From: Fimicolochytrium jonesii
Lineage: Eukaryota
Direction: 5' to 3'
Length of the DNA stretch: 64,000 nt
Assembly: GCF_025526975.1 (NCBI RefSeq)
Contig: NW_026515672.1
Coordinates: 992,001 to 1,056,000, forward strand
Below the pieces are notes generated by a model. The model worked only from the letters and a program-made list of their open reading frames with translations, was not told where the DNA came from and made no database searches. A program made the position numbers and the translations under genes. Positions 35,380 through 47,774 of this stretch are shown in pieces. Within the stretch, counting starts at the first letter, position 1. Each line of letters starts with the position of its first letter.

Positions 35380-37913
35380 CTACTCCAATCTCACCCCATC
35401 CAAACTACTACTCATCATCTCCACCTCATCCTCCGGCACCGCCAGCGTCTCGTTGCCAAAGATCGGCAACGGCGCCGCGACATCCATCACGGCATCATCG
35501 TCGTCCTCGTCCTCCTCGTCGCTGCTCTCATCATCCTCGTCCTCGTCGTTCTCCCACGGCTGGTAAAGCGGGTCGACGAACCGGCGGGAGGCGGGGAGGG
35601 TGATGGGGTCGAAGGGAAAGAAGGCGTCGAGGCGGTCGGTTGTGGGTGTTTGGGTTGGTGGTGGTGGTTGGGGTGTTGTTGTCGCTGCTGCTGTTGAAGT
35701 GGGTGGCAAATTTGTTTGGGCGGCGGGTATGTGGGGCAGCGAGGCCGAGTGCGGGAGGAATGGGCGGCGGGCGGTTGCGGATGGGTTGGTGGTGGCGTCG
35801 TGGAGGGAGTTGGAGGAGGCGGAGGTGGTGAGGAGAGTAGGGGTGGAGAGGGAGGCGGTGGGTGTGCCGGTGCCGGCGATGAGGGGGAAGCAATACATGA
35901 TGTCGAGTTTGTGTGTGATGCGGGCGAATTCCATGACGATAGGTTTTGCGCAGATCTGTTACATTTGCGGAAAGACGCAGTGTCAGGGTCAAAATCATTC
36001 TGAGAGCATCGGAACAATAATGTGACACGTACCCTAAACGGAGCAAATCTCGACATCAACACCCTCTGAAACCCACTCATCTCCGGCGGCAGCATCCCAT
36101 AACCTCTCAACCCATCCAACCGGCCATCCCACTCCCTACTCTCCATCAGCTGCTTCCACCTAAAGCAAAACACATACACCACCGCCTGCACAGCCGAATA
36201 AAACACGCCATAGCGTTCCGTATCCGGGACCGTCAGGTACCCCATCCCCAGCCCGCCGGCGCCCGTCGCCTCGTTGTTCTCCACGTACGCGTACGTCCAG
36301 CCGTGCAGGAGCTTTAAACACGTCCGCACCGAGGACTGATTAAGGAAGTTGGCCCGAGCGATGAAGGAGCCGAGGTACGCCGATGCGGAGATGCGGATCA
36401 CGCTGGGTGCGGAGACGTCGAAGAGTTTGCTCACCAGCAGGCCCATGAAGAGCTCAGGGAAGGTGGGGTCGAGGGATACCGCGTAGAACCAGAGGAACTG
36501 TGTGCATCGCAATTTGTGGGTGGGGAGGATAGTCCGTTCAAAGATGAGCAGGAACGAGTCGAAGAGGGCCCGTAGTTCGTCTCCCGGATTTTGTGAGGCA
36601 AAGTCGCGCAGGTAGCTAAACACCAGCCGGAGCATCGCGTCGAGCTTCTCGACGACTTCTTTCAAATTCGTTGCTATTGGCGTGATTCCTCCATCGTCGT
36701 CGTCGTCGTTATCGCTCCCTGCATCCGAATCGAGGAACATGTCCTGTTCGTTGAGCTCGTCCATCAGTGGGTCGTATTCTCCGTTTGGGTGCGTGAAGGC
36801 TGATGGCCGCGACGACGGTGACAAGCTCATCGCCACATCGCTCATTTTGCGAGACCACAGCCCGTCGCTGTTCTCGTGATCGGTCTCAAGGACGGCCTCC
36901 TGGACCTGTGCCCACACCTCGTCATCCAAGTCATCCAACTCGACCTGGATCTCGACGTCCACTTGCACAATCCTGTCTACAATCAGGGCCAGGACCTGAT
37001 CTCGCAGCACGGGTGCGTAATCGATCATTCTCAGCACATTTCGGAGGTAATATACATGTGTTTCCATCGATTCACTTTTGTGCGGGAAGTTTTGCGTCAC
37101 AATGGGTAGCATGAAGGAGGGACCGGTTGGGATGAGGGCTAGTACGCCTTGTAGCATGTTATGGACCCGATCGAAGTGCACTGACGGGGAAACGGTCGAG
37201 GTGGTAGATGCTGGTGCTGTGCAGAAAAGGTCGATCAGCAATGTACAACTAATAGCGGACATGGAAGCTTCAGTCCCCATACCTTTCCTCAGATTCTTCA
37301 CCAACAACTTGGCGACGGGCAGCACATGCACAGCGTGTGCACTAACAAGGTTTTCCAGTAGGTGCTTAAATATGTAAATTGTTTCTTCGCTTTGTGTCAC
37401 CCACTCCACCGACAGCACGGCGTCAATCATTGAGCTGAAGGCAGATGTGAGGCTGGACACAATGTGTGAGAACGCTCGAAGCCAATGTATCAGGGTCTCT
37501 GGCTGGATTATCGGCCCCGGTGGTGCTTTCCGCGTGAGTAGGTGTAATATTTCGTAATATAAGGTTTGGTTCCCCTGTAAGACATAGATTGAAGGTGAGA
37601 CAAGCACATCCTGATATACGGCCTCCACAGCCTTCAGTAAACCACAAAGCCGACCCACCTCGCTTTTCTGCTTCAAAGCCAATAACAGATATTTAGCAAT
37701 AAGTGGCGCATCCGTCGCCTCCCCTCCCAGGACTATCTGTCGTTCGGTCAGTGCGGGCTGCCCCGGAGAACTAGGCGTCGGAGATGGCATATCGAACCTA
37801 ACAGTCTTCTGCTGTGACTTGAGAGCCGAGGCTGGTCCTTCGGAGTGCGACCGCCGAAGGATAGTTGGGGCTGCCAACGGTGTCCGTGGGTCCGTGGCTA
37901 CGGCGGAGACCAT
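35380..37913 (-). CDS. RRN3: RNA polymerase I initiation factor Rrn3 (3' end approximate)
   Basis: QNFPHKS..YLRNVLRMIDYAP, IVQVDVEIQ, EKLDAML, ILPTHK...QFLWFY, YLGSFIARA, FYSAVQAVVYVFCFRW, LDAFFPFDP. Confidence 0.95.
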
Positions 37914-38489
37914 TGCGACCTTGGGTAATAGCTGGCTGGAAGGGTTCGACGACGGCTGGAGCGTATTAGACTGTCCAGGTATGCACTGGTCTCTTGTGGA
38001 CTAGTCAAGCTTTTCCTTGCTTGGTCGCAGAGGCGCTCCTCAGGGGTTCGGACAACGAACACAAAGGCAAGTCACAAGAGTGGCTTCGAATTCTACGCCA
38101 AAGGTAAGCGTCCTCCCCTTGCTGGAAAATGCTGCTCCTCTATGTTAACGAGGTATGAAATAGGGGACTTTAAGAGCCTTGCCTGGCCTGCCTGTGCATG
38201 CAGCTTGGGGGGGGCCAAGCAGGAAAAAGAGCGACGAGAAAAGAGGGATCAGCGTGTGAGAAATCAAATTGCTGTGCGCGGGGGGGCATTAGGACTCGCA
38301 ACGCGCTCGTCTTGCGTTACAAGCCGTTCCAAACAGAGTCGCACATCGCAGCGCACACCCCTCTCCAAGGATGCGACCGAGAACGGACAATATTCTATCT
38401 ATGATTCTAGATCTACGGATGGTCACGCCGCCTGCAGCACTGTCATGTACTCCGATACAGTTGAGTCCCTCCACAGCGCAGGGTTCCCA

Positions 38490-39917
38490 TCATATCGGCA
38501 AGTGTTCCCTTAGCGTACCATCCCCCTTCGGCAAGTATAGACCTGTGCCTGCAGGGCTGTCCCTCCACGCAAAGCCTTTTGCAACCTCGCTCTCAATGCC
38601 GCTCACCACATCCGCAATCACATCCCCAATAACAGGCGCAAACTTGAATCCGTGTCCGCTACCGCCCGTCGCGACATACAATCCTTCCCGGTGAGGGACG
38701 GCCGAGATGACGAACCGTTCGTCAAAGGTGTTGGTGTACCAGCAGAGCCGTGCTCTGGCAACCGGCGCATCAGCGAGGGACGGGAAGAGCGTGCGCAGGA
38801 AGGAGAGCATTTCCTTGTACTTTGGCGCCGGGATGGTGTCGCCCAGGGGTGTGCCGACTGGGGACGGAATGGAAATCAATGTTGACGGATCAGAGCTCCA
38901 GGGAGCAGGTGTAGGATTGGTAAAACCCAGGCTATGGCAAGCGAACTTCAACACCCCTTCTTGCACCGGAAACCCGTAGATCCCCGTCTTGGTTATGTCA
39001 GCTGTCCACACCGGAAAGTTCTTGGAGGAAAACTCCTCGCGCAGGTTCTCCGGTACACTCACATAAATCACCGGCTGTCCAGACGCGACGACCAGGCTCG
39101 CCAGTTCGGGCACGATGGACGCCGACCACGCCCCAGCTGCGACCAGCACCGCATCGGCGTAATGATGAACGCCATCTCGCGTGGTGAGACCCGCCACGCG
39201 TCCGTCCGCGTTGCTTATGAAATCCGCTACACTGCCATGGTCCTCTCCAGTGAAAAACTCGACCCCCATCGCATCCGCTTTGGCCTTCAAGTACACCATC
39301 GCTTTGTTGGCGTTCACCATCCCGCCCAGTTTGTTGTAGTATGCGCTCTGCATAACCGAGTTGGAAGTCGCTTCTGCAAATGCCGGGAATTTGTCACCCA
39401 GCTCGGATGCCGAGAGTTCTTGCAATAAAGGCCCGTGGCCTATGCTCGACAGAAACTCCACACATCCCCTCTCGTATGGTCCTAGCACTTTGTCCTGGCA
39501 TGCCAGAATGATCCCGCACTCGTCGAAGAGGGGTCGGTCGTCGTCCGGTAAGACCTTTGTCGCGTCATCGTTCCTGAAAGAAAGAGAAAGATCAAACACC
39601 TGTTCCACAAGTGCGCATCCCACGGTACTTCCATCCCTCAAATCCGTGATACGTAAGACACACCATTCACGCCACTTCAAAATAGCCTTCTCCGCCAACC
39701 CCTGTTCCAGCCCCTTCGCACCATAGTCCATCCGCACGATACGGTTGATATCGTTAGAGCTGCCATCCTCTGCGGGTATCGGGAGACGATCGAAGACTAT
39801 GACTGTGTGCTGGCGTTGGCGGAGAGCTATGGCGGCGTTGAGGCCGAAGACTCCGCCGCCAACGATGAGAAACTTTTTTGGCGTTGGCGAGAGGATGTCG
39901 TCCGTACTCGTGAGCAT
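38490..39917 (-). CDS. FAD-dependent sarcosine/pipecolate/fructosyl-amine oxidase family protein
   Basis: IVGGGVFG, SSNDINRIVRMDY, VAAGAW, RLCWYTNT.D..F.I, GGSGHGFKFAPVIG; one probable in-frame intron near 39575-39657. Confidence 0.9.
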   Translation of the reverse strand: MLTSTDDILSPTPKKFLIVGGGVFGLNAAIALRQRQHTVIVFDRLPIPAEDGSSNDINRIVRMDYGAKGLEQGLAEKAILKWREWCVLRITDLRDGSTVGCALVEQVFDLSLSFRNDDATKVLPDDDRPLFDECGIILACQDKVLGPYERGCVEFLSSIGHGPLLQELSASELGDKFPAFAEATSNSVMQSAYYNKLGGMVNANKAMVYLKAKADAMGVEFFTGEDHGSVADFISNADGRVAGLTTRDGVHHYADAVLVAAGAWSASIVPELASLVVASGQPVIYVSVPENLREEFSSKNFPVWTADITKTGIYGFPVQEGVLKFACHSLGFTNPTPAPWSSDPSTLISIPSPVGTPLGDTIPAPKYKEMLSFLRTLFPSLADAPVARARLCWYTNTFDERFVISAVPHREGLYVATGGSGHGFKFAPVIGDVIADVVSGIESEVAKGFAWRDSPAGTGLYLPKGDGTLREHLPI

Positions 39918-40246
39918 GCTAGGAGAGACGAATGGAGTTGGCTCGCTTCCTCTCGTCGACACACGGGAAAGTATGTACTATAAGCCGCCGTATGTAGTCC
40001 CAGTGCCGGTGGACCTCCTACTGTAGTTCTCAGGTAGTTCTGTCGGTGTTCAGTGATGCAATACAGGATGCGTGTGGAGAAAGTGGAGAAGCGTGTGCAG
40101 GTCCACGTTCGCTCTCTATTCCTCCAGCAGCTTTCGGTTTCACACCCTGCATCCCGACAGCCAAACACACAACCCCTTCAACACAACCCCAGCACAACCC
40201 ATACCCACAGCAGCACAAGCTCGTCTCATTCCAGACCGTTCTAAAT

Positions 40247-41197
40247 ATGGTACGTGAGGACGGTGATGGTCCGACTGGTGTCCAACTTACCGCTCAACCT
40301 GTCAATGTCACGCTTCCAGACGCAACACACAATCTTGCTTCTGCAGACGCACGCGAATAGGAAGGATACGAGGCAATGGGAAGGTAAGGGGGTCATAACC
40401 CGTGTTGACTCGGGTTGGGGAGTTCGAACCTATGCTTACACCTTCGTTAATGATCTGTGTGCAGATCACGATACAGTCAGCCTCGCCGTCGAATGTGAGT
40501 GAAGACAGGCTGGAAACCAAAATTCCACCTTCAAAGTAGGATCAAGCGTTGGAGAAGCTGACATGGACATCTGTGCCTGCTGTGCAGCGGTCATCAGTAA
40601 ATTCGAGCAGCGTCTGAAGCAGTCAAACCCGACCGTTCGCAACATCCAATGTAAGGGAAACCCTGCATTTCTGTTGGACATTAGCCGTAGATGTCAAACT
40701 GAAGGTGCTTGTGCCTCTAGATGATATCAACGATCTACAGAAGTATATGTGAGTTATGCCCAGCGTAGTTTTCATAGCATCCAGCACACATATTGTCACA
40801 CATTCATCGTCCCGATCTTGTACCACAAAAGTGACTCCCTGGGCGATGTGGCCTGCCTAGTGTAAGTCCGCGTCCGCTCCAGCGTCGCCATGCATATAAT
40901 ACTCACGCCTTCTTTGGGTGATATAGGCTCGACCCAACGGCGCGCGCGTACATTCCGCATGACCGGGATTGGTTCAAAGCAAGGGTATATAGTGGCCGGA
41001 ATGACGGGAGTTCGTCTTTTGTCTTCGTATGCTGATTCGCTCACATCTCCGTCCCTCGCCGCGTTTCTGCAGGTGTTCAACCACCTCAAAAGGGTAACAT
41101 TCATCCCATCCCACACATCACGATTCCAGCACCGCTACCCCCCACACTAACTCGGTCCCCATCTTCCCATTCACAGCAAGCGTCCGCAGCCCGATAA
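40247..41197 (+). CDS. ERH: Enhancer of rudimentary homolog (9 small exons, ~105 aa)
   Basis: Manual splicing gives MTQHTILLLQTHANRKDTRQWEDHDTVSLAVESVISKFEQRLKQSNPTVRNIQYDINDLQKYIDSLGDVACLVLDPTARAYIPHDRDWFKARVFNHLKRQASAAR, colinear with recalled ERH (MSHTILLVQ...NP....ITYDISQLF.FID.L.DLSCLV.....Y.PY.KDWIK). Confidence 0.9.
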
Positions 41198-41779
41198 ACA
41201 CCGGAGGCCACCCAAATAACAGGTTATGAATGGAGGATACTTCGGCACCCCTTCTTGCTGCGCAGAACGAACGGGAGAGAGAAAGCGGCGTACAATTTAC
41301 GCAAGGGGTTCTTATACATACCCCATGTTGTCCCTTCCTTATTGAGTGCGGTCTGGGGATGTGGTGTGCTACGGTGGGGCATCATAAGGCCCGCCACGCA
41401 ACCCCACGGAAACCGCGCAGATGCGCTTAGTGAACCATCAAGGCTCTCTATTGAACATTAGTTCATATGTCTTGAGAGAAGGTCTTCGGATTGGCGTAAG
41501 AGGGTTTGAAGCCAATAATGAAAACGTTTCTTTGACCTCGAATCTGAATCCGTCCAATATCCGAATGAAAGACTTTCTCCCGTTGATCATTACTTCCAGC
41601 CAATGCGATAAATACGATTTCTATTTACTTCTATGAACGAGTGAAAAAATAGATAAGGTATGCTCCAAAAGAAAAAGACAAGACCCAGCTATGTACAAAA
41701 ACGGATGGCTAACTTCTGAGAACTCCAAGAACCTTCCCCATTCCCACGAGTCGCCTCCCCTCCCACTCCATAGGTCCCT

Positions 41780-42621
41780 TCACAAAACATTCCACAAATC
41801 CTCAAACGCACACGTCAACTTCCCACACGTCACCGACGCCGACAACGGATACTCCGACACCGAGATCTTATCATCCACAATATCATCCACCCAATTATCC
41901 GACCCGTGCGCCATCGCGCCGATGAAGAAGACAACAGGCTCGTCGGAGGGGAGGGAGGTGACGTAGGGCCCGAGACGGACGGCAGGGACTTCTGAGGACA
42001 TTGCTGCGGGAGGGGAGGAAGGGTTAGGACGGAGTGGGGATGGGATGATGGGGGATGGTCGGCTTACTGATTTTGCGGGCATTTGGTGGGAGGTGGTCGG
42101 TGATTGGGTTTTTGATTACTTTTAGGAGCTTTTCGGGGCCGTTGACGGCTCGGATGCTTAGTTTGTGGAGGAGTTGCACTGGTGGCGGTAGGGGGGTACA
42201 CGAAATGAGTTTTCTCAATCGCCCCTCGACATTGCCTCCGAACAACAGCAGACATACCCATCAAACCACAAAACCGCTTGAAAGTCCTCGGTATCCGCAC
42301 ATGCGGGTTCACCTCAATCAACACATTCTTCGTCGTATGAATATACACCTGCAACAACCCCGCCTTATTCAGCGGACTATCCAACAGCGTCAACAGACAC
42401 TGGTGGGTGATATCCGGGCGGCTTTCCGAGACATCCTTCCCGTGCTTTTTGAGGATATGGTGGTGGTCGTCGCAGTTGAGCAGGGCGTAGTGCCCTTCTT
42501 TGCCTTTGCCGAGCTTGACGGTTTCGAGCGAGGCTTGCTCGAGGACGACGATGAGACGTTTTGTGGAGGATTTTTCTTTGGCGACTTTCGGCGCTGATTG
42601 GGGTTGGGATATGCTGTTCAT
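41780..42621 (-). CDS. EMG1: 18S rRNA pseudouridine methyltransferase Emg1/Nep1
   Basis: [71 protein letters not shown]; 2 introns. Confidence 0.97.
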
Positions 42622-42966
42622 TGTGGGTGGGGGCTTTGCTGGCGGTTTGCGAGTGAAATGTGAACGGGAGTTACGGGGTGCGAAAAGGTTGCTTGGAAGT
42701 CAAAACTTCGACAACTCATTTGGGACGCGTCACGTGATTCGTGGGCATGATTTATTCGTGCGCAGTTTTGAGGTGGGATGCAGGAAGGTGTCTCTGGGCT
42801 GCTATGTATATGTACTTGACGATGTAGGGACCTATGGGATGTGAATTGTTACATATGTAAGAAAGATCTACTCTAGATCGCCTCTGGTGGTATCTACTCT
42901 ACAAACGGAAGGATGAAAATATGTGGGATCTGAGTAGCACGACGGAGGCCAGCTCCCGCCCCATCC

Positions 42967-44384
42967 TCAGTTATCATACTCCGACCTCACAAGACTCTTT
43001 TCAATCTGCAGATTGTAAGTATTGCGGACCACATTCGGCTTGTAACCCGTCGCCCTGCTCGCATCCAACTTTGTAATCTTGACATCATGGCAGCCCGCCC
43101 CAGCCCCAGGGAGGCAGTTAAGCTGGATCATCGGGCGCGGCTTGTTGGTCTTCCCATCGATCTTGACGTTGGTGAAGGTGACGTTGGAGACACGCAGGTT
43201 GCCCCGGTCGGCCATGCAGGGCCCGGGGACGCACCAGAAGGTGTTGAAGGAGATGGGGTAGGCGGCGTCGGTGAGCTTGATGTTTTCGTAGTGGAGGTTA
43301 CGGACGTAGCCTTTAGAGATGGGGTAGGACTTTAGGAGGATTCCGGCTTTGGCGCCGCCGTACTGTTGAAACGATGGGACGAGAATAGACGGTTGATTAG
43401 TGGCCTATTCAGAGCATCTGGATAGTTGCTAAGATCTGGAAGACTTACGATCGTGACGTTCTTGTAGGACACTCCATCGATTTGGACATTGGTCCCCGAG
43501 TCCCGTCCAAACGACCCAATGTTGCATCCAGCAGTCGACTCACACACAATATTCTCCGCCCTAAAGTTCGTGGTCGGAGTCTTGACGGTAACGCACTCAT
43601 CCCCATTCCTCACAAACACATCATGCACATAATTGTTGTTCCCGGAGACATCAAACGCATCCGTCTCGCCCAACACATCGCTCACCACCCTCATATCCGA
43701 AATCTCATTATCATTCCCGTTCACCGTCAGATGGAACTTGGGCGAATTGATCAACGACACCCCGCTGATCTTGCACCGATCACAGTCCTGGAACCGCAGC
43801 AGCCGCGGTCGGCCCGGGTACCTATTCAGATGCGCCACGTCCGGCCGCCACGGGGTGCCGTTCCCGTCGATGTAGCCGGTGCCAGAGAAGGTGATGCGTT
43901 GGCAGGATTGGAACTGGATGAGCGTGCCGCCGAGGGTCGGGATGAAGGGGATGAAGATGCCGCCGTCGAGTTGGAAGACGAAGGGGGTGGGGTGTTTGAA
44001 GAGGACGTTGGTTTTGAGGATGTAGGAGCCCTTGGGGACGATGAGCTTGGGGCGCCGGGTGGAGGTGCTGCCCGGGTTGGTGGCGATGCATTGCTTGTAC
44101 GCGGCGAGGAGGGCGGGGCCGAGGTCGGTTTTGTTGTCGGCCTGTGATGATGGTGGGAGTTGCAGGGCGTCAGAGAGAACAGCCCTTCGATGTGACGATG
44201 TCCCGAATGGATGACATGTGCAACAAACCTTTCCGCCAAAGTCCAAAACGTTGCAAATCTTCCCAGCGAGCTTCGTAACCGGGGCAGCGCGGGGTGCAGC
44301 GGGTGCGATCGCAGCAGCCTGCACGGCAATAGCCAGGCAGCTGACGATGAAAATGGCCAGAATGGCGCGTACGTATCCCTTCAT
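42967..44384 (-). CDS. Secreted GH28 pectinase, rhamnogalacturonase-like
   Basis: Signal peptide MKGYVRAILAIF; CNVLDFGGKADNKTDLGPAL; RPRLLRF; ETDAFDV, NGDECVTVK (DE as in RhgA), GCNIGSFG; C-terminal RPMIQLNC....C.D; 2 introns. Confidence 0.88.
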
Positions 44385-46559
44385 TTTTCGGTGTTGTTGT
44401 CGGCGTCGAGGTATCTCTAGTGAGGTTTCGACGGTCTGGTCGCGAGAGGGCACCCTCGGTCGTCTTCCCCTTTAAGAACGGGAGCTGTGACATACACCAT
44501 GAGCCACCGCTAAAGGTCCCGTCGGAGCCTGGCGCATCTGTACATTTCCGGAGCGGTGGTTGTTCGTCTAAATTCCAGATCCCAAGAGGAACGTGCAGAT
44601 TGCCGCTGACCGCATCCAAATCGAGGCCCCGACCAGTGACAAACCCTTCCATTTGGGGATGCAATAAATTGACAGCGTCATGTTGTATGCATACCATCGA
44701 CCCGTCAATCGCTGATTGTTCCGAATCGTGTTCCGCTTGTTCGACCCCTCGCGATTGGAGATGTGTATTTTGATATGAACACCGGAAACTGGTAAATAGA
44801 ATCTAAATGTTATCACCGACACCCGAGACCAGGGATTCTTGATTTGAGAACTACAAATTGTTTTTGCTGGTATCCCGAATGCTCAACGCCAGACGCGGAC
44901 AGCCCTCGAATGGCCACAGCGGGATGGATTCTCCGGAATCTGGATACCCCAACGTGTTTTTGACAATCCTTCTCTTTGGGATGGGACGAACTTGAATCTC
45001 GGGCGTCGGTGATGTGGGATGGGCTTTGGACCACAAATAACTCATAGACCATGGTTGGCCACGTCCTGCCCCAAGTCGACGTCCTCATCCATGTCCTCAT
45101 GCTCGTCCAGGTCCCGACCATCCACGTTCGCCACAGCGACGTGGTCTTCACCACAACGTTGATGAAATGGTGTGGTCAGCATCATATGCTAACTTTAAAT
45201 ATTTAAACTTCAAATACAGAGCATGTGAACAAGATCGTATTTCACGTGACGGAAAGATTCACGACTTTCGCCTGAGAAACCCATGTTCCACGGGCCCAGG
45301 GCACAGTCTGCTCCGCAAAGCGCACCTTAACTTGCGTTCGGACCAACAACAACAAAAAACCAACCAGGCTACGCTTGGGATCAAGCGAACATACATATGT
45401 AAAGGACTCGGACAACGGACGGTAAGATGTGCTAGACACTATCAGTCCCTCAAGCCGGTTTTAAATGGTCTTTGTATTCACAGTGTTGGCGTCCGGCACA
45501 TTCACCGTCAAGTGGCTCGACGTAGATACCCTTGTGAGGTACAAAATCTACAACAACTACGAAGTGCATGCGGATTTCACCTCCAATGCTCGGTCCTACA
45601 CGTTCAAGCTGCTCGCGTGGAAAAAAACAAAAGAGGGAACCAAAGATCCTTATAGGTCGTTCAACAGATTCGCTCAGTTTGCGTTGGACGCTTTCGCAGA
45701 CACCACATTCGCGTTCGGCAAGTACCAGGCAAACGAGAGCGGTGCACCAAAATACGAGTGGGGAACCAAAGAAGTCATTACACTCCTGAAATACTCCACC
45801 CGCGAGGTCTTTATTTGTGCAGAAACGATCGCCCGAACGTACCAGCGTAGCGTGCTCGACTACGCGATCTACAGTAGGCTGCCAGATATCAGGTTACGAC
45901 GGGTTGTTGAGCCTCCCTGTGCAACCCAGAAGTCACCGGCCAGCTGTTAGTCCTGCCCTGGGCTAGCGGTCGTGCTGAAAGGATTTGCATGGGGGTCGGC
46001 AACTTGAGCCGGTGGCTATGCTCGGAATGATGTGTCCTTGGCGTAACCTGATATCTGGCAGCCTACTGTACCATCGCGACTACTCTGAGTACAGAGCTCC
46101 GGTCAATTATGCTCAGTACATTCATCTCGTCGCATGCCACGCCCTGGTCCACGGCAACTATCTTGGTCCCGCTGTGCATCCTTCTGTGGTCGAGTACGCA
46201 ATCAATGAACCCAGCTATCGCGGGGATGCAAGTCTGATGAAGATTACGGATGATCAAAGCGAGGTGGATGGCTCAGAGCAATCTGACGGGCTCTCTGATA
46301 AGGGGTCGTATAGCTTGCGGCCGTGGTGCTCGGGGTGGGCCGTGACAGTCATTGCATGTTGTTCTCAGCCGAAGAAGTATAGACGTCGTAATTGGATTAT
46401 CCAATTGTCGTCTATACTTCTTCGGCTGAGAACAACATGCAATGACGACGACTGTAATTGGATAATTTTTTTATACATCGGATGTCACATTGTTCTAGTA
46501 TCAAGTGTTGTGTTCCACGTAACCGACGACAGACCTTTGATTTCCTTTGCAGCAACTGG

Positions 46560-46850
46560 GCAAGGCTGCCGAGAATGGGGAGGAGGGGACAGCACAGAGT
46601 GGGGGGCTGGAGTTGGAGCTCGAGGCCGTGGTCATCGTACTAAACTTCCTGATCAACATCCGCGGCTCGTACAAAGCCGCCGAGACATTCCACGACAAAG
46701 CGTGATGGGGCTCTCTCGCGCGCCGATGGGATTTTACGACGGCCAACCAATCCGGAGGATTATTAAGCGCATGACGGCCGACGTGCAGTCGTTGGATTTG
46801 GAATGGGGTGATGATACACAATTTCGTGGCCAACGCCGTTATGCTTAACC
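46560..46850 (+). pseudogene. Fragment of an ABCC/MRP-type ABC transporter transmembrane domain
   Basis: GLSRAPMGFYDGQPIRRIIKRMTADVQSLD resembles ABCC LLRAPMSFFD.TP.GRILNRFS.D...D; no NBD or intact flanks seen. Confidence 0.55.
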
Positions 46851-47469
46851 CTAAGACCAGGAATGAACATCGCTACCCGTCCTATAGCTCGGGAAGGTCC
46901 AGGTCGTGTTCGCAACCATGGTCAAGGCGTTGTAAGCGTACTCCCCAGCCGGTATGGTGGAACTCGTGGGTACTGCAGGGGTACTTGCATTCAATGCGGG
47001 AAAATGGGTCACTGGTGGTCTCCGACGTCGGCGCGAAGGCAACATAAAGTGATGCAAATAATGTTTGACCCTAAGTATATATCAATCACATGGGGTCCTC
47101 GGGGAGCGAGGCAAATAGATTACTGATTCTATTCGCGCTATCCTATGCCTACTGCCTGCAGCTAGCTCCTTTCGGGCGCTAGCTGTGGTGAAGGCTTTCA
47201 GAGGTTGTGCGAGGGTGGAAGTGTGCGCAATTGTGCGCAATTGTGAGAAGGAGCTTGGTCTCGATGTGAAAGCAGGTCTGGAATTTGTCTTCTCGCCTGT
47301 GGAGCCGTCCCGGGCTCGGCCGCTAACCGTAACCCTGCCAACGCGCGCTGAAGGCTATATATATAAGGCCGAGGGTGAAGGCTGTAAGCCCGACAGCGAA
47401 GGCTGTACAAGTCCGCGATGTGGGATGTGGGATCGCTCCCACCAGGCCTTGATGGTCAAAGACCAACCC

Positions 47470-47596
47470 GTCAAAGTGTACCGAATATCCGGTACCGCAT
47501 TTCTGGCGAGCCCTGGCCAGAGAAAGTGCCCGACACCAAACGTCGTCAAAGTGTACCGAATATCCGGTATCGCACTTCTGGCCAGCCCTGGCCAGA
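47470..47596 (+). repeat. Two 52-bp direct repeats (75-bp period), each with two hairpins
   Basis: gtcaaagtgtaccgaatatccggta(c/t)cgca(t/c)ttctggc(g/c)agccctggccaga at 47470 and 47545; stems GTACCG/CGGTAC and TCTGGC/GCCAGA. Confidence 0.9.
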
Positions 47597-47774
47597 CAAT
47601 GAAAGAGAAAGTGTGCATGAAACACTCAGGTTTTTCTTCTCGCGGTGGCGCAAGGCGCGCGCGAGAGTGCGTGGCCCCTCTCTAAGTTATTGGGCTGCTC
47701 GCAGCAACAATCCTTTGCGTGGGCGTAGGAAACGTCGACTGCTTCCTCATCGGTTCGACTTCAACACACTCATA

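Noticed and set aside
45465..45950. 161-aa ORF as a gene
   Set aside because: No recognisable family or clear gene structure; may be a remnant.
47470..47596. CRISPR-like repeat-spacer-repeat beside a nuclease
   Set aside because: Only two 52-bp repeats, and the HNH is a fungal HNH_2 type rather than Cas; kept only as a structured repeat.
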